A DNA stretch of 64,000 nt from Marinicella sp. (GTDB lineage Bacteria > Pseudomonadota > Gammaproteobacteria > Xanthomonadales > Marinicellaceae). The DNA lies in assembly GCA_965230295.1 (NCBI GenBank), contig OZ246001.1:896001-960000 (forward strand), read 5' to 3'. The notes under the pieces were generated by a model. The model did not search any database. It saw only the letters and a list, made by a program, of their open reading frames with translations, and was not told the DNA's origin. The translations under genes and the position numbers were made by a program. Positions 20,133 through 29,257 of the stretch are shown one piece after another. Within the stretch, counting starts at the first letter, position 1. The number at the start of each line of letters is the position of its first letter.

Positions 20133-20801
20133 ATGTGGTTCTTTTCAATTGACCGAATGATGATGCGTACTTTGATTAATGTCCTCACTTTTATCACCTT
20201 CACCATCCTGTGTTTTGGGGTGGCTTATTATGCTTTCACCTATTTACTGGAACCCATTCATCCCGACAACAGTTTCAAACTTAAACTGGCTTACAGTGGC
20301 TGGGTGGTGCCATTTCATTTTTACGCGGCTGGTTTGGCACTGGCCCTCACACCTTTTCAACTGAGTCAAAAACTGCGTAAACAAGTAAAAAACATACACC
20401 GGACTTTGGGGTTGTTGTATGTGATTTGTGTCCTACTGGGCGGCATTTCCGGGCTTTTGATGGCCTTAGGGGCCACTGGCGGCTGGGTGGCCAAAAGTGG
20501 TTTTTTCTGTCTGGCCGTTTTGTGGTTGTACACCACCGCAATGGCATTTTCATATGCCATCAAAGGCGACATAACCAGACACAAACAATGGATTTACCGC
20601 AGTGTGGCTTTGACGGCAGCCGGGATTACTTTGCGACTGTTCCTTGGTATCGGATTGGGCGTGATGCACTGGCCATTCTTAACGGTTTACGTACCCACTG
20701 CCTGGTTGTGTTGGACCCTTAATTTACTGATTTGTGAAATCATTATTTATCGCCAGCGTTTGGGCCAACGACAGCACCATAAATCTCTTGCTTTGACCTG
20801 A
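20133..20801 (+). CDS. DUF2306 family membrane protein
   Basis: PFQL..KLR..IHRTLG..Y, HKQWIYRS, ITLRL; multiple TMs. Confidence 0.8.
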   Translation: MWFFSIDRMMMRTLINVLTFITFTILCFGVAYYAFTYLLEPIHPDNSFKLKLAYSGWVVPFHFYAAGLALALTPFQLSQKLRKQVKNIHRTLGLLYVICVLLGGISGLLMALGATGGWVAKSGFFCLAVLWLYTTAMAFSYAIKGDITRHKQWIYRSVALTAAGITLRLFLGIGLGVMHWPFLTVYVPTAWLCWTLNLLICEIIIYRQRLGQRQHHKSLALT

Positions 20802-21837
20802 ATTCACTGGGTGTCATATTTTGTAATTTCTTGAAAGCACTGTTGAAAGTTGATTTTGAGGTGAACCCACTGGCATAAGCCACATCCAAGATGTTGCGTT
20901 TTTCACCGGGTTGTCTCAACATGTCTAGAGCCACATCGATGCGCAATTGGTTGATGTATTCCCTGAATGACAATTGGTAAGTGTGGTTGATCGCCAAAGA
21001 CACCAGATAAACCGGATAACCCGATTTTTGAGCCAATTGTCCGATGGTTAAACTGGGCTCCAAAAACAACTGTTGTTCATGCATCAATTCTTCCAGCTTA
21101 TCAATGACCTCTGGAAATCGCTGATCCTCTGTTATCCTATTGGGTGACTGAGGTGATCTGATAGGTTCAACGCCCGCAACCTTTTGTTGTGCCAGAGCCA
21201 GGTAACCCATCACACTGATCCAACAAGCGACAGCCAAATAAATGATGCCTACATTGTATCCTTGGATAGGTACCAACCATTGGGTCACTGCAATGAACCA
21301 GATCAAAACCTGAAAATAAGCCATCACATCAACCCACAACAAAGTAATGCCATCGGTGTTAGAACACTGTTCCTCTAAAATATGCCGATAACGTTTGATG
21401 GTCACCAAACCTGCGACCACATAACTGATGCTGTACACATACAGCGTCAACTCAAACAAACCAAAAAAACCTGGACCATTTTCCCAAGGGTTGATGATCC
21501 AGGTGATGTTCACCCCTGCCATATAAATGAAGCCGGCCAGATGAATCAGGTCTGTCCATTTGAAAGGCAGATCCTGAGTCAGTGTCCGCACGTATAAGTA
21601 AAAGAAACTACCGTGCAAAAACGGAAAGAACTGGATCAATACATACAGCGGCAATAAAGGCGTTTGCGGATTGTGGTAGTGAATCACCCGCATGGACAAA
21701 TCAAGCGCCAACAACACCATCCACAAAGCCAGTACCCGGTTACTGCGCACATTGATGCGTTTGCGCAGCAATGCCATCGCCAGTACCATTCCTTGTGCTG
21801 AACCTATCGCAAATACATGAGATAAAAATTGCATCAT
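20743..21837 (-). CDS. Membrane-embedded AraC family transcriptional regulator
   Basis: About 7 TM N-terminus; C-terminal FLEPSLTI...FREYINQLRI...AYASGFTSKSTFNSAFKK...TPSEFR. Confidence 0.9.
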   Translation of the reverse strand: MMQFLSHVFAIGSAQGMVLAMALLRKRINVRSNRVLALWMVLLALDLSMRVIHYHNPQTPLLPLYVLIQFFPFLHGSFFYLYVRTLTQDLPFKWTDLIHLAGFIYMAGVNITWIINPWENGPGFFGLFELTLYVYSISYVVAGLVTIKRYRHILEEQCSNTDGITLLWVDVMAYFQVLIWFIAVTQWLVPIQGYNVGIIYLAVACWISVMGYLALAQQKVAGVEPIRSPQSPNRITEDQRFPEVIDKLEELMHEQQLFLEPSLTIGQLAQKSGYPVYLVSLAINHTYQLSFREYINQLRIDVALDMLRQPGEKRNILDVAYASGFTSKSTFNSAFKKLQNMTPSEFRSKQEIYGAVVGPNAGDK

Positions 21838-21849
21838 AAAATACGGGCC

Positions 21850-22497
21850 TCAGCCATTGTTCCTGAACCACCCTGTTAGGCTGTGTCGTGACTTCTTTGC
21901 CGGTAAGACTTCATGCGGAAATTCTTCACTCAGGAACACCACAAAAGTCCCCAGTTGCGGCAAAATTCTCTTAAATGGCTGAACTTCATCAGGTTGGTAC
22001 AGCAACAGTTCTCCACCATCTACTTCACCCCACTCCTGATTCAGGTACAAAATGGTGCTGACTTTGCGGTTCGGGCCGTTCACTTTTTGACCACGAAAGG
22101 CATCCAAATGTTTTTGGTAATAAGCCCCTTCTGAGTAATGTGCAAACATACACTCGTATTCAAACAGCCCAAGAAAAAACCGATGATTCAGAGCCAGGCG
22201 CAATGACTCTGTCCAATTTAAATAATCCAGACATGCTGTTTGATCATCGTTCACCCACATGATTTCATCGCCACGGATTTGTTGGTTGGTTTGAAAGTCT
22301 TGGTGCCGTCCAACTCCGGCACTTTTAAATTGGCCGGGTTGCAATTGAGCCAACTGGGTCAACAGCGGTTTAATGAATGGACCTCCAAACGCCTTTTCCA
22401 CCACCACATAACCATCCTTTGCGATCCCTTCACAAATGGTGTTGATCAATTCAGATTCAGAGGGCATTAAACTATTCAGTTGATTCAGCAATGGCAT
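21850..22497 (-). CDS. 2OG-Fe(II) oxygenase (EGLN/prolyl-hydroxylase-like)
   Basis: IRGDEI.W, YQKHLDAF (HxD), GGEL, PHEVLP...RHSLTGWF. Confidence 0.9.
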   Translation of the reverse strand: MPLLNQLNSLMPSESELINTICEGIAKDGYVVVEKAFGGPFIKPLLTQLAQLQPGQFKSAGVGRHQDFQTNQQIRGDEIMWVNDDQTACLDYLNWTESLRLALNHRFFLGLFEYECMFAHYSEGAYYQKHLDAFRGQKVNGPNRKVSTILYLNQEWGEVDGGELLLYQPDEVQPFKRILPQLGTFVVFLSEEFPHEVLPAKKSRHSLTGWFRNNG

Positions 22498-22555
22498 ATT
22501 TTACTAGATAAAGGAATCAAGCCCCAAGAACATTCCTTATGATAAAATACTGGCC

Positions 22556-22834
22556 ATGAACAAACCCATCAGTTGTGGCGCACAAGACATGTTAGAAGCC
22601 GCCATCATACAACGCAGACGTCTTAACCTCATCTGCCATGCCGAAACCGGAGAACAAGCCTTTTTTGACCGGGTGTTGCCGATTGATATAGGCACTGAAG
22701 ATGGTATTGAATCCCTCACAATCATGACCACTGACAATGATGGAGGCATTCTGAAACTCAGTATCAACACATCAGACATCGAGTTTTTTGAAGCCAAAGA
22801 CTACCAAGACCCCAGAATCATCTACCAGAAGTAA
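22556..22834 (+). CDS. Rof-like (Rho-binding antiterminator) small protein
   Basis: KPISCGAQDMLEAAI..RRRLNL resembles the Rof/YaeO N-terminus (PINCDDYDNLELAC); size fits. Confidence 0.55.
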   Translation: MNKPISCGAQDMLEAAIIQRRRLNLICHAETGEQAFFDRVLPIDIGTEDGIESLTIMTTDNDGGILKLSINTSDIEFFEAKDYQDPRIIYQK

Positions 22835-22902
22835 ATCCTGAAAATTCACCTATTTTTGCTTGTCATTGGTTACAATCATCGGTTTTTGACCCAGTTATCC
22901 CG

Positions 22903-24696
22903 ATGAAAAAATATTGGCTGATTTTATTGTGTTGCTCATTTTCAGCAAAGGCACAAAACCCTGAACCCATCACTTATACCTTTTCCGTCATTGACGCCAA
23001 ACACCATTTGGCCGAGGTTTCAGTCACTTTTCCCCAAGTGGGCACCAAAACACTTGAAGTCAAACTGCCGGTGTGGCGTTCCGGGCGCTATGAAATCTTG
23101 AATTTGAGTAAAAACATCAGCCAATTCAAGGCTCAACATAACAATGATCAGCCCATCAACTGGAACAAAGTCGATAAGAATACCTGGAAATTGTGGCTGA
23201 ACCAACCTGGTGATGTCACCATCACATATCAGGTTTACGCCAACTTACTCAAAGCCCGGGTGGCTCACATTGATGACAGCCATGCCTATTTAGATGCCAG
23301 TGGAGTCTTTATGTTTTCACCGTCTTACCGTGATGTCCCACTGATTGTAAATCTTAAAGTACCCGATGATTGGCAAAGTCGATCAGGTATGGAAAAGATC
23401 AATGATGATCACTCTTTTTATGCCAACAATTATGATCAATTGGTCGACTCCCCAATAGAAACCGGCATCCATGAATTCACCTCGTTTGAGGTTGATGGAA
23501 AGACCTATGAAATTGTGGTTTGGGGCCAAGGCAACCATGACATCAACGACCTCAAAGAACAAGTCACATTGCTACATCATGAAGGTGAGAAGATCTGGCA
23601 GGAGTTTCCATTTGAACGTTATGTTTATATGTATCATGTGGGTGATGGCTTACGAGGCGCCACTGAACATGTCAACTCGACCATCATCCAAAATGATCGG
23701 TTTAAATTCAAACCTCGTAAATCTTACTTGAAAATTCTCGCAACCACCGCACATGAATTTGTCCACACCTGGAATGTCAAAGCATACCGGCCTGCTGGGA
23801 TCGCTCCTTATGATTATTCAGTAGAGAATTATTCTGACTTGTTCTGGATGGCTGAAGGCATCACCAGTTATTACGATGACCTCTTCTTGATGCGAGCTGG
23901 GATCTATGAAGCTGAAGAGTATTTTGAAAAACTGGCCAGTGACATCAATAAGCATTTGAATAAACCGGGTCGCCACGTTGAATCACTGGCGCAAACCAGT
24001 TTTGACACCTGGATAAAAGATGACTCACAACAAGCTCACAACGCCTCGGTCAGCATTTATTTAGAAGGGTCAATGGCTGCCTGGCGCATGGATCAGGAAA
24101 TCCGCCAAATAACAGACAATCGTTTTGGATTAGACGAGTTACAAAAACGCTTATACCAACAGCACAACAACATCACCAAAGGCTATTCCAAAGCCGATGT
24201 GTTGCGGTTGTTATCTGAGATCACCGGCACTGACATGACGCCATTCTGGGACCAATATATTGAAGGGACACAAGCGATTGACTTTGATGACTTGTTGGCA
24301 TTTTATGGTTTACAAATGACCCATAAAGAAGATGATGATTCCCCCAAGAAAAGCTGGATTGGCGCTTCATTGTCGCTCAACCATGATGCGCCTGTGATTA
24401 ACACCGTTGACAGTGGTGGACCTGCCTGGTTGGCTGGACTTACCGCTGGTGATCAACTGGTGGCCATCGATGGCATACGAGTTACCAGCCAGGACATTGA
24501 GCAACGAATCGAACAATTGGCCATTGAAGACGTTGTGGAAATACATTATTTCAGTGCTGGTTTATTGAAGGAATCCAACTTGAAACCCATCGCTGAACCA
24601 CACCCTGAATTCACCATCGAACCCCAAGAAAAACCGAGCCGCAAACAACAAGCCCGCTTCAAAGCATGGGCTGGTCAAGACCTGATACAAAAATAA
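22903..24696 (+). CDS. M61 family metallopeptidase (glycyl aminopeptidase) with PDZ domain
   Basis: LPVWRSGRY, DSPIE.G, GATEH, HEFVHTWNVK, WMAEGITSYY; C-terminal PDZ (GPAWLAGLTAGDQLVAIDG). Confidence 0.93.
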   Translation: MKKYWLILLCCSFSAKAQNPEPITYTFSVIDAKHHLAEVSVTFPQVGTKTLEVKLPVWRSGRYEILNLSKNISQFKAQHNNDQPINWNKVDKNTWKLWLNQPGDVTITYQVYANLLKARVAHIDDSHAYLDASGVFMFSPSYRDVPLIVNLKVPDDWQSRSGMEKINDDHSFYANNYDQLVDSPIETGIHEFTSFEVDGKTYEIVVWGQGNHDINDLKEQVTLLHHEGEKIWQEFPFERYVYMYHVGDGLRGATEHVNSTIIQNDRFKFKPRKSYLKILATTAHEFVHTWNVKAYRPAGIAPYDYSVENYSDLFWMAEGITSYYDDLFLMRAGIYEAEEYFEKLASDINKHLNKPGRHVESLAQTSFDTWIKDDSQQAHNASVSIYLEGSMAAWRMDQEIRQITDNRFGLDELQKRLYQQHNNITKGYSKADVLRLLSEITGTDMTPFWDQYIEGTQAIDFDDLLAFYGLQMTHKEDDDSPKKSWIGASLSLNHDAPVINTVDSGGPAWLAGLTAGDQLVAIDGIRVTSQDIEQRIEQLAIEDVVEIHYFSAGLLKESNLKPIAEPHPEFTIEPQEKPSRKQQARFKAWAGQDLIQK

Positions 24697-24710
24697 AGCT
24701 GGCAGGCATG

Positions 24711-25322
24711 TTATTGAGCTTGCTTGTACGCTTCTTTTTGTAACATCAGGCGCATCTGCTTTAGGGTTAGATACATGGCATCACGGTTGTATTTATTGAC
24801 CCCTGATTTAAAACCTATTTCCGGGTCCATGTAATATTGATAAATAATGTCGATTTGTTGATCATTGACGGGAATGATCTGCCAGGAGGCTTCCATGTTT
24901 TGAACCCTCAAGTGATCATGAGCTGGCAATTGATGAGGCCGGTTGGTGATCAAAATCTGCCAAGATCCGGTGTCCGCCTGTTCCTCTGCGGCTGCACTGA
25001 ATACCACGTCCCTGTCCCTGAACCACAACGGTCCCTTGAAAACCATGTGAATCAATTCCTGATGCGTTCTTTCGGCTGAAATACACCCATGAACCCATTG
25101 CGAACAAACCGATAGATCCCTCAATAAAGCCAATACCGATGCTGCCGATCCTTGTACCGTCATCACGCCTTTGGTGTGCCATTGCTTGTATTTGGGGTGT
25201 TGGTGTTGTTGATACACTTTAATCCCCTTGCGATCAATTTTTTTACGCCATTGATTTTCAGCATGAGTCAAACTACTCACAAATAGCACACCAAACAGCA
25301 TAGTTTTTAAAATCACATACAT
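24711..25322 (-). CDS. START-domain (lipid-binding) exported protein
   Basis: Signal peptide; W..KIDRKGIKVY, QWVHGC, PLWFRDRD, Y..DP. Confidence 0.75.
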   Translation of the reverse strand: MYVILKTMLFGVLFVSSLTHAENQWRKKIDRKGIKVYQQHQHPKYKQWHTKGVMTVQGSAASVLALLRDLSVCSQWVHGCISAERTHQELIHMVFKGPLWFRDRDVVFSAAAEEQADTGSWQILITNRPHQLPAHDHLRVQNMEASWQIIPVNDQQIDIIYQYYMDPEIGFKSGVNKYNRDAMYLTLKQMRLMLQKEAYKQAQ

Positions 25323-25363
25323 TTGGTTTTATCTTAACCCAGTTTTGCGCCTACAATACCGTT

Positions 25364-25999
25364 ATGGGCGAACAAAAAATCATCGGAATAGCGGGAAACA
25401 TAGGTGCAGGCAAAACCTCATTGGTGGAGTTTCTTACCAGCACTTACCAAATCACGCCCTTTTATGAACCCAATGACAACAACCCCTATCTGGATGATTT
25501 TTATCAAGACATGAAACGCTGGGCTTTTCATTCTCAACTCTATTTTCTCAGTTCAAAATTCAAAATCCATCAACAACTCGAACAAACGCCAGGCGTGGTG
25601 ATTCAAGACCGCACCATTTTTGAAGATGTTGAAATCTTTGCCACCGCGCTGCACCAAATTCGCAAAATCAACAAACGTGATTGGGCCACTTATTTGAGCT
25701 TTTATGAAAGCATACAACAAGCGATCAAACCACCTGATCTGATGATCTACCTCAAATGTTCAATCCGCACAACCAGAAAACGGATCAAACTGCGGGGCAG
25801 AAAAATGGAACAAGACATGCCATTGAGCTATTTAAAAAGGTTAGAATCCTTATACCAAAACTGGATCGCCCAATATGACAAAAGTAAATTGTTGGTGATC
25901 GAAACCGATCGCTTGGATTATGTGAATGACCTGATTGATCAAATTGAATTGATGCAAAGCATAGAAGCTTTGTTACCCAAAGACCTGGCCCGCAGCTAA
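25364..25999 (+). CDS. Deoxynucleoside kinase
   Basis: GNIGAGKT P-loop, NPYLDDFY, QDRTIFED, PDLMIYL, RIKLRGR. Confidence 0.93.
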   Translation: MGEQKIIGIAGNIGAGKTSLVEFLTSTYQITPFYEPNDNNPYLDDFYQDMKRWAFHSQLYFLSSKFKIHQQLEQTPGVVIQDRTIFEDVEIFATALHQIRKINKRDWATYLSFYESIQQAIKPPDLMIYLKCSIRTTRKRIKLRGRKMEQDMPLSYLKRLESLYQNWIAQYDKSKLLVIETDRLDYVNDLIDQIELMQSIEALLPKDLARS

Positions 26000-26015
26000 C
26001 TGGAGTAAATACTGG

Positions 26016-26867
26016 ATGAAATATTTGATGACATACCTCAAAGGCATGCTGATGGGCATTGCTGACTTGGTCCCTGGTGTATCGGGTGGAACCATCGCCT
26101 TGATCACCGGCATCTATCAACGCTTGATCAATGCCATTGCAGCAGCCAATATCAACAGCTTGAAACTGTTGTTCAAAGGTCAGATTAAAAGCCTTTGGAC
26201 ACAAATTGATGGTTGGTTTTTGTTGAGCATGTTTGCTGGGTTGTTGACAGCTGTTTTTGTGTTTGCGGGTGTGATTAAGTCTTTGCTGCACCACCATCCA
26301 GTGCTGACCTGGTCGTTTTTCTTTGGCCTGATCATAGCCTCCGCCGTTCTGCTGCTGAATAAACACCGATCTACGCAATTGGTTCATTGGTTTTTACTGG
26401 TTTTCGGCGTGTTCTTGGGATATTTCCTCAGCACCCAGAGTATGGCCGTGTTACCTGAGGGTTCTTGGGGAATATTGATAGCTGGTATGATCGCCATCAG
26501 TGCCATGATATTGCCAGGCATTTCTGGTTCACTGATTTTAATTTTACTCGGGAAATACCAAACTGTATTGGCTGCTGTTGAAAACAGGGAATGGTTAACT
26601 TTACTTATTTTTGCAGGTGGTTGCATCATTGGACTGATGTTGTTTTCACGGCTGTTAAAATGGCTGCTGGCTCGTTATCATAAAGCCACACTTTATTCTT
26701 TGGCAGGCCTGATGCTCGGCACTTTATTCAAAGTCTGGCCCTGGAAATCAGCTGTCGGCAACATCATCCCCACCGCCCATCCAGAACCGCAAATAATGTT
26801 TGCGGTGTTGTTGATGGCAGGTGCAGCTGTGTTGGTCAAACTTTTATTCAACTTTGGTAAAAACTAA
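26016..26867 (+). CDS. DUF368 family membrane protein
   Basis: MGIADLVPGVSGGTIALITGIY and AMILPGISGS repeats; KVWPWK. Confidence 0.92.
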   Translation: MKYLMTYLKGMLMGIADLVPGVSGGTIALITGIYQRLINAIAAANINSLKLLFKGQIKSLWTQIDGWFLLSMFAGLLTAVFVFAGVIKSLLHHHPVLTWSFFFGLIIASAVLLLNKHRSTQLVHWFLLVFGVFLGYFLSTQSMAVLPEGSWGILIAGMIAISAMILPGISGSLILILLGKYQTVLAAVENREWLTLLIFAGGCIIGLMLFSRLLKWLLARYHKATLYSLAGLMLGTLFKVWPWKSAVGNIIPTAHPEPQIMFAVLLMAGAAVLVKLLFNFGKN

Positions 26868-26904
26868 TTCAGCTGACAGTTCAATCCAATAACCAGAGGT
26901 ATAT

Positions 26905-27255
26905 ATGATTGCAGGACATAACGGTTTTTTCTTCAAAAGGAAAAAAATAATCACCTTCATATGCTTAATGATGCTGGTCATTCCTGTAATGGTTGCTGGT
27001 AAAACACCAGGAGAGGACAGTGAATCAACCATCAGCATGAACTTCAAAGACTATCCGCTGAATGCAATCGTTCATTTAGTGGCTGAAATGACTCCACAAG
27101 AAGAAACAATGCTTAACCTTGGGTTGCTGGATGGAATTAAAGTCACGGTCAAAGTTAAGCATGTTAATGCCTTTGAGCTCCTGGATAGATTGCTGAAGGA
27201 AAAGGGGCTTAAAGTACATCGAACAAGCCACACTTGGGAATATTCAAAATTATAG
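26905..27255 (+). CDS. Small exported protein resembling a secretin N0 / STN domain
   Basis: Hydrophobic leader; ISMNFKDYPLNAIVHLVAEMT...KVTVKVKHV...LDRLLKEKGL. Confidence 0.55.
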   Translation: MIAGHNGFFFKRKKIITFICLMMLVIPVMVAGKTPGEDSESTISMNFKDYPLNAIVHLVAEMTPQEETMLNLGLLDGIKVTVKVKHVNAFELLDRLLKEKGLKVHRTSHTWEYSKL

Positions 27256-27309
27256 AATTCAAGTATATTCAAGGCTTTATAATGTAGCTTTACTCAGCCT
27301 CATAAAACA

Positions 27310-28725
27310 GTGAAAACATTTTATTGGTACGACTTAGAAACCTTTGGCACCAACACCCGCTACGATCGCATTGCCCAGTTTGCCGGCATTCGCACTGACG
27401 AGCACTTGAATCCAGTCAGTGAACCTGACATGTTTTATTGTCAGCCAACCTTCGATTATTTACCTGACCCCGGCAGTTGTTTAGTGACCGGTATCACGCC
27501 ACAACTGTGTGAAGAAAAAGGCATGGCTGAGCATGAATTTGCAGCGAAAGTTCATGATATATTCAGCCAACACAACAGTTGTGGCGTGGGCTACAACAGC
27601 ATCCGCTTTGATGATGAATGCGTCCGTTCTTTGTTATACCGAAATTTATACGACCCTTACCAAAGAGAGTACTTGAACGGCAACAGTCGCTGGGACCTGA
27701 TCGATCTGGTCAGAGCCACTTATGCACTGCGACCTGATAACATTGAGTGGCCCATGCACGAACCAGGTAAGCCAAGCTTCAGGCTGGAAGACTTGGCCCA
27801 AGCCAACGGTTTAGTACATGAGGCAGCTCATGATGCACTTTCAGACGTCGAAGCCACCATTCAAATGGCCAAACTGATCCAAAAAAACCAACCCCGTTTG
27901 TTTGATTTTGCCCTGAATTTACGCAACAAAGACAGCGTTCGCAGTTTGTTGAATTGGCAATTACAACAACCGATTGTTCATGTTTCAAACAAAATACCCG
28001 CTGAAAGGGGATGCCTGAGCTTGATGCTGCCACTGGCCATCCACCCCAACAACAAAAATGGCGTGATCTGTTATGACTTACACCACGACCCCACAGACTT
28101 TTTGTCCTTGGAAGTGGCGGAGATTCAAGATCGACTGTATACACCCCAAGCTGATTTGCCCGCTGGCGTTCAGCGGGTTCACCTGAAAACCATCCACCTG
28201 AACAAGGCCCCCTTTGTATCGCCCATCTCAGCACTCAAAGGTGTGGATTTGAAGCGTATCGGCTTGGATTACCAGCGGTGCCAAAATCACCTCGCTCAAA
28301 TCAAGCAAGTAGCTGGCACCGAGAAGAAAGCCGCTGCTGTGTTTGATCAGCCCTTTGATTCGCCCGCAGATGACGTGGATGAAATGATTTATGCCGGCTT
28401 TTTCAGTTTCAAAGAACGGGCTGAATTTGAGTCAATCAGGAACTTAGCCGCCAGTGAAATTCCATGGCAAACAGGCAATTTCAAAGACCCAAGAGCGGCC
28501 ACTTTGATCCAGCGTTACAAAGCCAGAAATTTCTATCAATCATTGTCAGATGAACAACGCACCTTGTGGCAGATTGATGCCTTGAAAAGACTGGAGCATC
28601 GTTTTGGAGAAGGGTTTAATCTGTGGTTTGAAAACATTGAATCATTGCGCAATCAAACCACAGATGCTGCTACAATGAATATCCTGGATCAGGTGGAACA
28701 GTTTGTGATGGCAAAAGAGTTTTGA
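27310..28725 (+). CDS. sbcB: Exodeoxyribonuclease I
   Basis: WYDLETFG, QFAGIRTD, GYNSIRFDDE, AHDALSDVEAT. Confidence 0.96.
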   Translation: MKTFYWYDLETFGTNTRYDRIAQFAGIRTDEHLNPVSEPDMFYCQPTFDYLPDPGSCLVTGITPQLCEEKGMAEHEFAAKVHDIFSQHNSCGVGYNSIRFDDECVRSLLYRNLYDPYQREYLNGNSRWDLIDLVRATYALRPDNIEWPMHEPGKPSFRLEDLAQANGLVHEAAHDALSDVEATIQMAKLIQKNQPRLFDFALNLRNKDSVRSLLNWQLQQPIVHVSNKIPAERGCLSLMLPLAIHPNNKNGVICYDLHHDPTDFLSLEVAEIQDRLYTPQADLPAGVQRVHLKTIHLNKAPFVSPISALKGVDLKRIGLDYQRCQNHLAQIKQVAGTEKKAAAVFDQPFDSPADDVDEMIYAGFFSFKERAEFESIRNLAASEIPWQTGNFKDPRAATLIQRYKARNFYQSLSDEQRTLWQIDALKRLEHRFGEGFNLWFENIESLRNQTTDAATMNILDQVEQFVMAKEF

Positions 28726-28744
28726 TCACCAAATTCGAATGCGG

Positions 28745-29143
28745 TCACTGGACTGGAGAAGACCGAGTCCCCTCTTTGGGCAAGTTGGCCCGGTATTGCC
28801 TTCTGACAACAGTCATGAACACCCGAATCACCACATACAAAAAGAACCCAACTGCCACAGCGTAAATCCCCCAATGTTTAAGGATGATGATGGGCTCAGC
28901 ATTTTCAATGCCTTTGATGTAATCCCATAGCATAGGCAATGCACCAATCATGGTGATGGTCATGGCCACATAACTGAACATCCTCAGTTTATACATCCGC
29001 TCTCTGAACAGTCGTTTTTGGAACAACTTCAGTTCTTCAGGATCAATTTTGGCCTCAGGATCACGACTGAATCCACAACTGGGACAGACCTTGGCCACTG
29101 AAGATATTTTGGTTCTACAAGCCGGACAATTAATGAGCGCCAT
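28745..29143 (-). CDS. Zinc-ribbon domain membrane protein
   Basis: MALINCPAC...ISS.A..CPSCG, then two TMs. Confidence 0.8.
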   Translation of the reverse strand: MALINCPACRTKISSVAKVCPSCGFSRDPEAKIDPEELKLFQKRLFRERMYKLRMFSYVAMTITMIGALPMLWDYIKGIENAEPIIILKHWGIYAVAVGFFLYVVIRVFMTVVRRQYRANLPKEGTRSSPVQ

Positions 29144-29257
29144 GATGATTCCTGTGTTTAAAAATCAAGATTATAACAATTCTGACATGAATATTTTATC
29201 AAAAAAGTCTATCATAGGCAGATCACAAACCTGCCTCAAAATCTTTATAACAAGAGC

